Source of the DNA: Owenia fusiformis
Taxonomy: Eukaryota
Assembly: GCA_903813345.2 (NCBI GenBank)
Contig: CAIIXF020000001.1
Location: 47,492,001-47,556,000, forward strand
Reading direction: 5' to 3'
DNA: 64,000 bases
Made by a program: the position numbers and the translations under genes. Shown one piece after another: positions 27,901 through 40,891 of the stretch (its first letter is position 1; each line of letters begins with the position of its first letter). The notes below the pieces were generated by a model. The model was not told where the DNA came from. It worked only from the letters and a program-made list of their open reading frames with translations, and did not search any database.

Positions 27901-29417
27901 TCACTATAGCCCGATCAATGTTAATATCATACTTCTTGAAGTCCTTCTCAAGAAAACTAAAAATCAATGCAATAATGTACATGTAATATGGTTATTTTCT
28001 ATGAGCTCCTTACATTTAAATTTTGGAATATTTTAGTCTGTTTCTTAAAATCTGTTTCTTTTTATACATGTTACATGTAGTTTAGTCTGTTTGTAAAATA
28101 ATTGCTTCTTTTCAATGATATGTAAACAGAGGACAAGATTTTATGAATAACAATACTGAAATAAGATGTTATTAATAACATTTACTGATATGTACCTAAG
28201 TTCATGGCTCCTTGCCACTGTTCCCACGAATGCAGATTTATGTCCAAGTAGAGAAAGAACAGTGGATGTGTTGGAGGCATTTCCTCCCCTATGCCACCTT
28301 TGATCAATAACTCTGAAACATGAACAGTTAGAACAATTTATCAGATACACATTTTTCATATGATATTAAGGCAACATTTCATAAAACAAACACACAGTCA
28401 ATCACAAACTATAATGGCATATTGCACTTTTTCACGACCATAACTGTCTGAAATAGATTTTGCTTATTTACATCGTGAAGAAAGTATTTCACAAAATTTA
28501 ACATTTTCAAAAAATACCTTGTTGGATCTTAAATTTGTGAGTGTGATACATGTAACTAAAAAACAAAGGACTTTCTGCACGTCCATCTTTTAACTATACT
28601 TTATAAAATCATGGAGTCTCTGATATATCTGTTAATTATGCGATTACAACATTATAAGATATGTGTTTGGGGGGGGGGGGGTACTTCACAGGAACTTGTA
28701 GCACTTTAATATTAGATGCTTACTGTATGTCAGAGCTGAGTCATTATTGTATACATATACATATATGACTCAGATCTGACATAAAAAGCATCTCATATCA
28801 TAGTGCTACAAGTTTTTTGACACCTTCTCCCCATGTCCTCATTCCTGACAGATTCAGCAGGCATGAAAGAAAAAAGTGCTAAATCCATTCTACCCACTCA
28901 TACTTTGTAAGTTATGATGTCACCAAAAATGAGGGGTCCGCTTACACTAGCATGTACCAGTTACTCTCATAAATTTTTGGATGATGGGCTCCTGGAATGT
29001 TTTACCTAGCTATACTGACCTCTGTCCTGTGTCTTCCCGCGGATAATACTCCACTGTGCTTTTGATGTCAAGAGCTAACAGTCCAACGGATATCATTTTG
29101 AATAGTTTATATCGTGAAACCTTGAGGTAATAGCCCTTGATAAACTAGATAAATTACAATGTAAATGTCACGTAGATACAACTTTAATTGTGTCAAGTGG
29201 ACTACAGTAGATGACAATGTCTTTTTGAGTCGACAAATTCAAAAAATTCTGAACTGAATTGTGAAGTGAAACAAGCCTATGATAAATATTCAATAGACAG
29301 CTAGGATTACATACTATAATGAATGTACCTTTGATCAGAATCTTCTAACGGATAGGTATTGCAAATACTGATGATGTCTAAACAGCACAGTCCAACGTTA
29401 ATTATAGATTGATCCAT
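21989..29417 (-). CDS. KHK: Ketohexokinase (fructokinase, PfkB family), 309 aa; exons 29417-29329, 28312-28196, 27956-27822, 27446-27371, 26918-26795, 25411-25297, 22262-21989
   Basis: GT-AG introns with compatible phases (89+117+135+76+124+115+274=930 nt). N-terminus MDQSIINVGLCCLDII..YPLEDSDQR, then WHRGGNASN, NGSRTILH, KWIHFEGR, SVEFEK, DYLFISKEHA, ICAWSEDGA and the PfkB signature VIDTLGAGDTFNAA...AGAKCG, all typical of animal KHK. Confidence 0.93.
22308..22706. mobile_element. MITE in the last KHK intron
   Basis: TIR ATAAAGGACGATTCTCGGTTTGGAGAAC / GTTCTCCAAACCGAGAATCGTCCTTTAT, with an internal ~100-bp direct duplication (TAGAAATATTACCCAAATTAAA...). Confidence 0.75.
22868..23432 (+). mobile_element. 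Internally deleted Tc1/mariner element with a transposase C-terminal remnant
   Basis: TA-flanked imperfect TIRs CATGGTGGTCAAAAAAACTGGAAACCCT / AGGGTTTCTGTTTTTTTACCACCCTG. ORF 22998-23246 contains LWGYGRDRVYNNDPRTLAGLKSEIICIIQAIP, like the WGYLKxxVY..PxTLxxLK tail of mariner-type transposases. Confidence 0.75.
24360..25193. mobile_element. Foldback MITE, CAC...GTG termini, 5-bp TSD (family A, copy 1), in a KHK intron
   Basis: CACAGGCTGGTATCGAAAGATTTGTCCGCTGTGACGGAGCA... with ~400-bp inverted arms ending ...TTTCGATACCAGCCTGTG. AATTA directly flanks both ends. Confidence 0.85.
28693..28814. repeat. ~120-bp imperfect hairpin in KHK intron 1
   Basis: AACTTGTAGCACT...TGTCAGAGCTGAGTCAT pairs with ATGACTCAGATCTGACA...AGTGCTACAAGTT. 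Confidence 0.6.
29020..29096 (-). CDS. KHK: Alternative (duplicated) first coding exon of ketohexokinase
   Basis: Translates as MISVGLLALDIKSTVEYYPREDTGQR, a paralogue of exon 29417-29329. Ends in phase 2 at AG|GTCAGT, compatible with exon 28312-28196. Confidence 0.75.
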
Positions 29418-32400
29418 ATTTACTCAGAGTTTGCTACAAATATTGTTTTCATTTTACATGTATTTCGCCATGTTTTGTGTCATGTGATAGATCACGTGAT
29501 AAATTGGTGTATGGCTTGCCAACCAGTTCCCTAGAATTGTGACTGGAGAGGTTAAGCTAACGATGTTTTTCACAACGTAACCGTGAACGCAAAGTACAAA
29601 AATTAACAAAGGAATGTATCGAGCGCTCGTAGTTTTATGCGCGCTTAGTCTACTTCAGATACTCTTTCAGCTTCAGAGTTTCGGGTTTAGAACGGGAGAT
29701 TTTGAAATTTGACGTTGGGTCAACGGGAACCATTATACTCGTGTCTATTGAACACTATGCTGTCAATTTTGATTTCGATGCACAGTTGAATTCTTTCTGA
29801 ACACGATGATGTATGTCATGCATGATTTAGCGCCAAAAATCTAACGAAACGAGCTCGTTTAAAATATGTATTAGAAAACCAGCTATAAAACCGCATCAAT
29901 GACATACTATAGAATCATAACACGCTATGGTGTAGTCTAAACAAACACTGGATTTGAACGGCTATTTATATGAGAAGGCTACATGAATTTGTATATGGTC
30001 GAGTGATACGTACAGGTTCAGTTTCGATTATATATGCAAAGCTTAACCTCTCAACTGTTCATTCCGTTCAACGATACCGTATCCATAAACTTGATCAACA
30101 TACCCATCCCCAAACTCGCCGTACCAAGTTAAGCGTGACAGTTGAACGCTTGGAGTAAGATACATCACTTAGTGCGTTCGCACTCATCGCACGCTCACCC
30201 CCGCCCCATGGCTATGCACGTGGCCCGGGTCAATATGGTTCGTATGGCTTTCGGGAACGGAACTCTGATATGGTTCGATAAAAAACGCTAAAACTCCAAT
30301 TAACTCTGGATTTATAATGAACATAAATATGAGAAAATAATTACTTTTAACTTTTGGACAGAGAGATGTAATAGCTTACTGTAAGGGTAATGTACAATGT
30401 AGGCCTACTGGGGGCGGTTTTGGATATGGGGTTTATCCAGAGGGATATGCATATCTACCTGCGGGACTGTATAGAAGATGTGCATATCTCACTTGGGATA
30501 AACACCATATCCAAACTGACAGTACATAACTGCTTTATCCTATGCCCAGTGGAGTTTTTTCTTATTTTTCACATTTTTTAGATTTAATAGAAACTTTGAG
30601 AAAAAATGAAAAAACGTCAGTTTTGAAGGTTATTCAGGAAAATTTCAGCATTTCCTGGCGTTACAATTACCCTGTACGCAGTTGAAAATTTTATTTATGC
30701 ATCACAAATAAGCATGTTTCTATTGATTGATGTACTTCAAAATTTTTATCCCAAAAATTGTTCTTTTAATGATATTGTGAATGGTGTTATTTACATTTTT
30801 TCAATTATTTTGATGGATTACTGTCGATTGTCAAGAGACAATACACAGCTGTGAGTCAACATGGTGCCATGGCGCAATGAAACTAACCATGTGACCACTT
30901 GTCATGCTGGTAGTACCCATAACAAGTCAAATATAGCATTGACTCGTAAAAAAGGCTCACGTAGTTTAAGATAGAATGAGATTCAATTATTAATTCAGTA
31001 CTGACCGACAGAGTAGGACTAGTCTAATATCAAGTCCTACAAGGCTGCATACTCCCAAAACATGTATATGTGGTAAATGGTAAATTAGGGAGTTTAAGCT
31101 TGCAATGTTTTTCACAACCTAAACGTGAACGAAAAATATTAAGCGATGCATTTATATAGGTGATTGATCATACGTACAGGTTGGCGTGTCGATTTTATAT
31201 GCTAGCTTAAACTCCCTTTTATACCCACACCGACATGGGTGCCATAGCCTATGCCATAGGGTATGCCATGGCACCGTACCATGGCACTGTGCCATGTTTT
31301 GTACTAACCACACATTAGTACAAGATATGGCATACCCTATGGAATAGGCCATGTTGTGTCTCTAAAATACAGTAAAATTGACACTAAAATGCAGGCCCGG
31401 GCCATTTTAAAACCGATGGCCATTTTGAAAAACGGCTTTTGAGCTTGAACTTGTACTCAGACGAGGCATATAATATGCAAGAATTTGACTGGGGTGCCAT
31501 AGCCAACGCCATAGGTTATGCCATGGCACCGTGCCATGTTTTGTCAACCCCTCCCGAGGCCCTTACCCTGTCCAGAGACGAAAACGAATGTCCTAGTTGC
31601 TATTTAAATCGAGAGGTCTCACTCAATTATTGGATTCGCTGGATCGTGACTGATTTGCTTCAGTAATCAGATGCATGTTACTTTAACTCATGGGTAAATA
31701 TTGATACAAATCACGTGACATCTTTGTTTTTGGTGAAAAATGAAAATATTTAATGTAACCAAATTCCTCCATGACATGACATCCACGTTATAAAGACGTA
31801 ACGTAACATCATTTATTACCAGATGGGGGCGGTGGGACCAGATAACGACTATTGGATCGACAAGAAATCATACATGGCAGCATGGACAAATACCATAGCA
31901 ATTCCCAATCACTGATATTATAGTCGGAGTAATTCTCTCTATGGGTATTTTCCATTCAGATAGATTCAATTTTAAAGAGTTATTTCCTAATTTCAATATT
32001 CGACTTTTATTTGAAAACGTCTTTGTCTTACATTAGATCTTATTACTTGACTTTGCATTGCACTGCAAGTCTGCAACATCGGAAACTGAGTGAATTCCAT
32101 GCAGATTTGTCCTCATTAGGTCTTCTATGCTAATGCTTAGTTTATCAACATATTGAAACCTTGAACCTATATATGACACCGTCGCAACGTTCAAAAGACC
32201 TCCTAGACAATACAGATTTTAAGCTCATCTAAATTTCATTCGTTAAAAGAATTAAAACATAAATATTTACATCCCGTTGACATTGGAATTTTTACTACAC
32301 AAACAACTTTATTTTAAAATACCAAAATCGAAATAAAGACAGTATATGTTACCATGGATGTTTACGCTTTTAATCAGTTTTTGTGAGTTTTTGCGATAAA

Positions 32401-35021
32401 GTAAGGTTAATATTACTTTGCTATGAAGGAGTCTAGCGTTGAATAAATTACCAGGCACCATTACTGAAGGTAGACATTGCACGTCGACAAAAAATATTGG
32501 AATAGCCGTAAGTACAGCTTTTCGTATACGTATGTTAAACATGGCGACTCACATTGATGGCCTGATTTTTCTGCGACTATTGACATATTTTGAGACGTAT
32601 ATTTTGCTATTTATGGGGAAAAATTACTTGTCCAAATAACAATCCGAAACTGCGCAATACTCCTCTAAAAGGAATACAGAAGAGAAGTGTTGTTATGATA
32701 TTTGAAAGGCTAGGCCCGGGGGAGGGAGTTCTTCGGCCTCGTCCAGTTTGCAGTACCTTGTCATTGGCATGAAATAACATTGTGCAATATATAATAAGCC
32801 ATAGCTCACAGAAAATAATGTAAAATTGTTAAGTAGTCAATGCAACACGTACAGCAGTTTTTTCGAAAAGCTTTATTATTGTTTGCAGAGGTCAATGGAT
32901 CCTTGCAAATTGTTAACACATGGTAGACATAAAAGACAGAGGCATTGTCAGTTAACCATTGTATAAATATACATAACCAATCGAGCCTATATATCCAAAA
33001 GATATTGTGGAGAGTAAATTAAATAACAACCGGAAACATTGATCTGAAACAATTAGATATATCGATAGGGAAAAATCATATGTACATGTAATACTTTTGT
33101 ACTAACATCATCCAGACAATGTAACTTCCGGAACATAATCTGATGTTTTACATGTAAATGATGGGCTTCATCATGTTTATAAAATGATTAAATGGAATAA
33201 AACTGGTCGACATGAGATTTGAACCGATAATCCGATGGGAGTGTCACTAAATACACTGATTTCATTGGACGCTTAACGTCAAAAGGCAAAACTATTCACA
33301 AAACTACTTCTAGGCCAAGGTTGGGGGAAAAATAGGAAGTAAACAAAATATAAAATATATGATATTTTATATCGTGTTTTTCTCCAACCCATGCTCTACG
33401 CCTTACGGTTGCGTGTTTTATATAATTAATATTTTATACGTTATCTTTAGTATTTCATAATTTGTTATACATTAATTTGCATTAAACAAATAACCAAATT
33501 AGTTTTCTGTGTATGAAAACAAAATTGTTAATCTCAAAGCTGTCAAATTAAAGTAGGGCATGCGTATGTTACACCCGGGGTAATTATAAGGGTTGTATCG
33601 AAAAAATCAAAGATCAGAGTCTCGTCAGGAATTTATGATAGTCACTTCAATTACAACTTGTCTCTTTAACCAAGCTATAGCTAAAACAAAATGAATAACC
33701 TTTCCGCTATCTTGAAATAGCTTGTGAATGTTATGCAAACTTTATAATTTTGATTTTTTGGATAACTGATATATGCCCTGGAAAGATTTTTCAGTCATCC
33801 CTTAGTAGCCCTTAGTCTCAATGTTACTTTTATCAAAATGGAAATTTAGGATTAGGCCTACAGGTTCATCAGTGGGGAAAAAGAGTGCAAGAGTGCAGGG
33901 GTCCACCTAAATAGATTTATATAGGTACACCCCCCCCCCCTCTTGTACTTGCACTCTTATTCCGCCCCTCTGGAGGAAATGCGATTAGAACTAAATTGGC
34001 GAAATTGGCATGCATTTTCGAATTTCGGTCTTTTGCATTTTTAAATTAGATATGTGATACTGGTAAGATTTCAAGTACAAAATCCGCCATCCCCTTTAAA
34101 TTCTAACCCTCGAGTGAAAAGGCATAGAACCAAAGTTCAATACTGGGGAAGTGGGAGAATGGGACATACTTCGACCGCAGACATCTCGTGGATGTTTTTA
34201 TATTCTGAGCATTGATACAAAACAAAACAAGGATTTCATTACATTTTTGCTTTAACTGTAACCACTTCTAATAGTTGTAAATCAAGTTTAAAATAACATG
34301 GTATCTGAACTAGACAGCTCCTAGAGATAAGTCTTGATGATTAGCAACGATGACGTCATGCACACCCAATCTTGTTCTCCAACGTCTTTCAAGATGGGAT
34401 TATCATCAGTTCAAGCCTTAACTTTCCCTGGGAATTCATGTCCATAGCCACTTACACGGTGACTAATTTTTTTTTTCTTTTTTATATGGCAGAATATCTA
34501 TTAAGGTCGGTGTCGGTGTACGGTGTACGTTTAGAATTTGTATGCATTAATCCTCTTTGGAGTCCCATGTTATTTTCACTTTTTGAGGAACACATACACT
34601 GATGCGACTCGTTCACTATATGGTCGACATATCTTTCAATTTTCCACAAAGAGTGCACTATATTAGAGAAAAAATGTTTTAAAAGTAAGCATATTCAGTG
34701 AACTACTTCTTAAAAGTACAAAATCACTGAAATTTTAGATCTTAAAAAATGCTCATGGTGCACTCTTTGTAAAAAACAGAAAGACGTAGACTGGGGAATG
34801 AGTTCCTGAAAATAACATATGTGACTCCCATGGTGACTCCAATGAGGAGGATTGCATAAATATAATTATCCAAACGTACACGCTAATAGTAATCTGAGTA
34901 GCATACCATCAAAATTGAAAGATGTAGCAGAATTTAGCTGAAAATAACAGGATTCCAATTAGGAATTAGCCATTAATCATATATGAATATGAATCTGAAC
35001 ATACATACGGAACTACATCAA

Positions 35022-35759
35022 CACAGGCTGATCGAAAGATTTGTCCGCTGTGCCGGAGCATGCTATTTTTCATAAATAAACTTAGAATACTTCCCAATTT
35101 ATTTTTTAACTCATTAATTTCGTAATATCAAATAAAGTTACTTACTCCATGCAATGGATATATCATTTGCGGATAACCGTCACTTCTGTTTGAAGTCCAA
35201 TAACGCTAGGAGTAAAAACTATCTAGTAAAATGTACCATGGCCATTTGGTATAACTCTGAATGTATAATGAGATCTGGATGTATTGGGTCTTTTTAATTT
35301 TTTCTAACAAATAATGTTAAAATATGTTGTCCGCTGTGACGGAGCAGTTTCACAGTTCACATTAGCATCTGCTCCACCACAGCGGAAAAAATTAAACATT
35401 AGTTTTCATAAAAAAAATAAAAAGACCCAATATATCAGTATCTCATTATAATACCTTCAGAGTTACGCCTGAAACATGAAATATTATCGTGTCACTAGCA
35501 TGCCATTAAAAAGTTTTAAAAAATGGTACATTTTGGAGTACATGCATGATACTCCGGCGCCATTTACAATAGATTTTCCTCCTAGCGTTATAAGACTTCA
35601 AACAGAAGTGAAAGTTACCCGCAAATGATATAATAAGTAATTTTCTTTGGTATGACGAAACACATGAAATAAAATAACGATTTGGGTGATTTTCATAGTG
35701 CTTTTATGAAAAATAACATGCTCCGTCACAGCGGACAAATCTTTCGATACCAGCCTGTG
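35022..35759. mobile_element. Foldback MITE, family A, copy 2
   Basis: Homologous along its length to 24360-25193. Termini CACAGGCTG...CAGCCTGTG; flanks ATCAA / ATTAA (5-bp TSD with one mismatch). Confidence 0.85.
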
Positions 35760-36018
35760 ATTAAGGACAATGACCTAAGAAACTATTTCAAGGACAATAA
35801 GCTTGGAAAAATACATAATAAATTAAGTCAAATCCTTTATAGAAAAGGCACAAAAGAAAATATTTTCCTTTTCAGACAGAAATAAAATTCAATTTGCAAA
35901 CATTTCACAAATCATGGTCGGAATTTGGCTTTCTGGCTTTGACTGGCATCTGGGCAAATTAAAATAATGCGTGAGCAAATGAGAAACTACTAGGCTATAT
36001 TTAATCATTGGTAAAGAT

Positions 36019-36996
36019 TAAAAGGTGGATTGGATATATATAGTGGAAGTGGATTCATTGCACAGAATTGGTCGAATAGCCGATAGATGTCATTCATTGA
36101 TTAAACATGACGTCATATTTGAGATCTTAAGATAAATCTGACGTCATGACGTCAGTGCCATAGAAACTGAGATTGTCTTATTTTATTTTGACGTCATTCC
36201 AATGTAATGAACCAGTTATATCACCAAAAGTTATCATATTTTGTTTGAAATTGGCCGAAAAGTTAAAGGTATGAGGATTCTAATCTCAACGGAATCAAAC
36301 AGATCTACCTTCAAAGTTACAGAAACCTGAGATGACTAAGATACCATATGATTTTAGGTACCTCTACCAGACCGTTGAATATCCTCATTTCACCATTTTG
36401 ACGCCATTTCTAATGGATTTCAATGGAGTCATGCATGAATTCCTCATGATTTTTTCAAAACAAATTGGCCGAAAAGTGTGCATGTGTACATTGCTTAAAA
36501 CATGTTAAATCAGTAAAGGTTGATGTCTAGTTATAGAAACCTGAGATGACTAAGGTGGCAAATCAATATCATTCGCACAGTAAGCGTTCAAAAAATGTCT
36601 CCATTATAAATCCCATAGGCTTTGGAAAACCGGAAGTAATGGTTCTGCGCATGCGCAATGAAATATTGGACAAATTTTGTGCAATGTGGATTCATGTATA
36701 AGGTGGATTGGATCAGAATCTTCAAAATATTGACTTTCCTTTAAAAAATCTATTGACCTCCCTCCAAGAAGAAATCGCGCGTTCCTCACTTCCACAATGT
36801 CAAATAATAGATGTAATTTATTATTTTGCTTGGGTGAGCTAGAAGAGTGACCTTGTTCCCGCTTTCTGAAACACAATCCGACCGAGGGTAATTTTAGACA
36901 TTTCATGAATCATAACGGGCGGACCATATTTTGAAGATTCGCGATCCAATCCACCTTTTACATGAATCCAATGCACTCGATCCAATCCACCTTTTA
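36019..36996. mobile_element. Non-autonomous TIR element (possibly Kolobok-like)
   Basis: TAAAAGGTGGATTGGAT at the left end and ATCCAATCCACCTTTTA at the right end (present twice), plus an internal copy at about 36700. The superfamily assignment is tentative. Confidence 0.6.
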
Positions 36997-38081
36997 TTCT
37001 CTATCATGTTATTGCAAAATTGTATATGGAATCTGATTAAAAATCTACTTGGTTGGCAAGTCATAATCATCGTCGCCACTTCTACACCGCCCAACCGCGA
37101 GGAGCTGAAAAACTTTTTGCTGACTTGAAAATTAGCGATGGCATGTAAGTTTAGCCTAAGTACCGCTTCATAACACTCAGTTATGAAATGATTGTATGTA
37201 CCATTTTGATAGAAACTATCATTTACATTATTATTTGAGTAAATTTATCATGATTTGTGAATGTGAGTGATGCCAAATAAAATCTTTTCTCAATTCCGCA
37301 TCTTCCGGTGGTCACCGACTGTAGCCTTGTGATTTGTCACTGACTGTCTGTGTGATTCACTCACAGTCACAGCTCATTGAGTTATTCATTTAATGGTTCC
37401 AATTGCCAGAAACTGACATGGTGGAAGTTTGCTACATGTAGTGAACTACTTTTTACTGCCCCCCCCCCCCCCTCCACTGTTTTCTCAATTTTCAAGTATG
37501 ACTGTTTGATAATCTAGAATTGAAGTTTTATAATATTATGGGCTTTCAAGAGAGAGAGAGTGAGTCAGTCCAAACATCCGTCTGTCAGTCTGGCAATGAC
37601 ACAAATATCATTGGCCCAATTAGTGAATGTTTTATACTTATGTGCATGTGCACAATCTGGTCAGTCAGTTCTGTTTAAAAGCCAATTTTTAAAATGGATG
37701 CACGTTTCAAACATCCATTTTTACATGTGATAGATGATCTACATGGTATTTTACGTTAGTAAAGAAATAAAGCAATTTTGTTAAAATTTATGCAATGTAT
37801 GTCAATACTTGAAATAGATATTAAGTTTTTTGCTATAACTGGGAAAGTAAATGTGAGTGATTTTGTTAAAAATTTATTTGTGAAAGGAAAGCAGTCAACC
37901 ACGACCTGATTGTTTTGCTCTTTTTCAGAAGCGTGACTGGTGAAAGCACGTCTTGATTACAGTCAGATTGCTTTGGAGGTAGCTGACAACAAATTAAATG
38001 GGTCAAAGTAAACCAACATACCAATGATACTGAAGATATTTCAATAATTTTGTAAGTATAAGGCTCTACTGGAGTCAATTA

Positions 38082-40379
38082 CAGAGCTGTCAAGTGTCCC
38101 GCGAATGGCGGGATTATCCCGCGAATTCGATCAAAATTAGGCTAATTCGCGTGTCCCGCAATGTCCCGCGAAGTCCCGCAAATGTGGCTTTCGACCTCCG
38201 CGAATTTCCGAAATTGTTGCAATCCCCTATATTGTGATTATCTAATATAAGAAGCAAGTTTTTGCACTTTTGAGGAGTAAAGTTTACCTAATTTTAAGTA
38301 CCTAGCATGCTGTTGTAGTAAATCCTCCATGCTGGGTTCAAACTTGGTACCCGGTACCCGGTCAAAAAACGGGTAAGCTTACCCAAAAACAAAACGAATA
38401 TACGAGTATAACATAATTAGATTATCAGAAAACGTGTAAGATTTGTTTTGAATTTACAGAAATGTGTGTAACATCCTTCAAAATTGAGCTAGAAGCTTCA
38501 AATAAAAAGCATATTTTAAGGCTCTTTTCTCCCTCTATCGTCATGACCATATTTTCATCGGTTATGGGGAGGGGGTGCGATCGCACCACCGCACCCTCTC
38601 CTGGCTACGCCTATGACATTGTAAGACATAACAATTTAGTGGACAATTCAGTGGACATTTTGTCGACAGTTGGGATAACTTAAATTATGATTAATAATCA
38701 AAATCTTACACATTGCATCATGTAAATTAACACACGTCACCTCTCTGCTAAAGCAACGATAGCAATTTACAGATTTAAATCATAATCAAAACAATTCACG
38801 TACCAACATACGAACTATTGAAAATAGAGTAAAATTGATTTGCCTTGTTATTCAAATCGTCTTACAATGTCATTGGCGTAGCCAGGTGAGGGTGTGATGA
38901 TGCGATCGCACCCCTCCCTCCCCCTTCATTACCAATGGAAATAGGACCATGATGATAGAGGAAGAAAAGAGGCTTAAAATGCTTTTTATTTGAAGCTTCT
39001 ATCTCAATTTTGAAGGAAGTTACATACATTTTTGTAAATTCAAAACAAATCTTACACGTTTTCTAATGATCTAATTATGTTATATTTCGTTTTTTGGGCA
39101 CCCGGTTTTTTCGACCGGGTACCAAGTGTTACGCGGTAAACACGATACAAAAATATGTCATATTCCGCAACGAATATGGCATATTCACTTGCGGTGTATG
39201 CCAGATTCACCTGCGGTATATGGCATACACACTAACCAATGAGAACGTGATACGGAAGTACGCAATTGTCAATTGCATCGATTGAACGAATAAGTAAAAT
39301 TTTATTAATTATGATGATGATTACTGAATCAACAGGACTGTGTATCGAATATATTAACTTAGCAGAAGTATCAGTCACCAATCTCACGTAATAGACTTAC
39401 TCAATCAATCCAGGATTCATATATTAGTACTCGACACACTAACTATATTGGTAATCCAGCGTAGTTTTACATTTAGAGTCGACTCTCGCAACCAATCAAA
39501 TCAAAGCTTTCTGTATCACGTTTTCACCTGCGGTATATGTCATATTCACCTGCGGTGTATGGCATATTCCGCAAGTGAGTATGACATATTCCACAGGTGA
39601 GTATCGGGTATTCACTGAAATCAATGTGTCGCATATTCACTGCGGAATATCGCATACTCACCTGCGGAATATGCCATATACCGCAGGTGAGTATGGCATA
39701 TTCACCCGTATCACAAATACCGCGCAACCATGAATGTATGCCATATACCGCGTAACACCAAGTTTGAACCCAGCATTGAGGATTTACTACCCGGTACCCG
39801 GTTTTTTCTACAAACCCTATCTAGAAAAGTAACCTCATTCCCTATAATTTGATGTAGATTAATCGAAACCCTATACCATGGGCTTTCAATTGAAATAATA
39901 TTTCTATGCGTATTTTGTGAAGTTATGTTGACGTTTATTTAAGTTACAATGTAACGGTGCATTATATTTGATTAATCAGTATCTGAAAGTTTGATTTAAG
40001 TACTTTTACACGCTTTTACATTAGTCCAAATCACGCAAATCCCTTGAATGTCCCGGGACATCCTGCAAATTTAGGTGGATGTCCCGCGAAATCCCGCAAA
40101 TTTAGGGCACTTTTTCTAGAAAATCTGTCCCTCTATGAAGTTTTTGCTGGTAAACCTGTTAACTGTCCCGCAATTAGGGTGTTTGTCCCTCGAATGGTCC
40201 CGCGAAATCCCGCGAATTTGATAAAAAAAAATTGGCCTATAAGCGCAATCACGCAAATCCCTTAAATGTCCCGCGAAATCCCGCGAATTTAGTAGATGTC
40301 CCGCAAAATCCCGCGAATTTTGGGCACTGGGTCTAAAAAATCTGTCCCGCGAGAAAATCTTTGGGGGTTGACAGTACTG
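38082..40379. mobile_element. hAT-like non-autonomous element carrying nested inverted-repeat elements
   Basis: TIRs CAGAGCTGTCAA / TTGACAGTACTG, many subterminal TCCCGC repeats, CAATTA on both flanks. Contains foldback 38315-39790 and element 39126-39758. Confidence 0.75.
39126..39758. mobile_element. Innermost nested MITE with ~22-bp subterminal repeats
   Basis: TIR GTGTTACGCGGTA / TACCGCGTAACAC, CAA duplicated on both flanks, TATGGCATATTCACCTGCGG-type repeats. Removing it restores the right arm of the 38315-39790 foldback. Confidence 0.75.
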
Positions 40380-40891
40380 CAATTAGTGCTAGGCCCTACT
40401 CATGTACTGTAATGGCATGGACTGTGATCTCACAATTAAAAAGATTCTTACATAAAACTACTGACATACTGTACTAAATTACACAATAGGATTGTTGAAG
40501 TTTAATTTGTTAATTTTAATTCAAATGCATTCATGTTAAAAGAAGAGAATCCTTCCAAACATGAATGTACATGTACCTGTATGGAAGTGGAAGGGGTAAA
40601 AGGAGACTATTATTTAATATTCGTTCAGTTTGCTTGTTTGTAGGTTGATTGTTTGTTTGCTGGTTAGCTAGTTCTTTCATTAATTTTCAAGTTGATCTAC
40701 CTACACATCATGTAATAAGGTCCTTCAAAATTATGGAAGGGGTCGAAATCAAATGATAATAAATTAATGGTAAATGCAATTTGCATAGATTCATTGATGT
40801 GATCTGTGATTTCTATGAATACTTATATACTGACATCTGTTTCAAATAATTTGCATTTTCAGTTTTCGAAAAATAGCACCCATATCCCACC

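Noticed and set aside
28693..28814. Intronic hairpin as a pre-miRNA
   Set aside because: Short foldbacks are abundant here as MITE relics, and there is no recognisable mature miRNA or expression evidence.
39160..39750. CRISPR-like array of ~22-bp repeats
   Set aside because: The repeats are degenerate, adjacent and in both orientations with no unique spacers. They lie inside a TIR element, and there are no cas genes.
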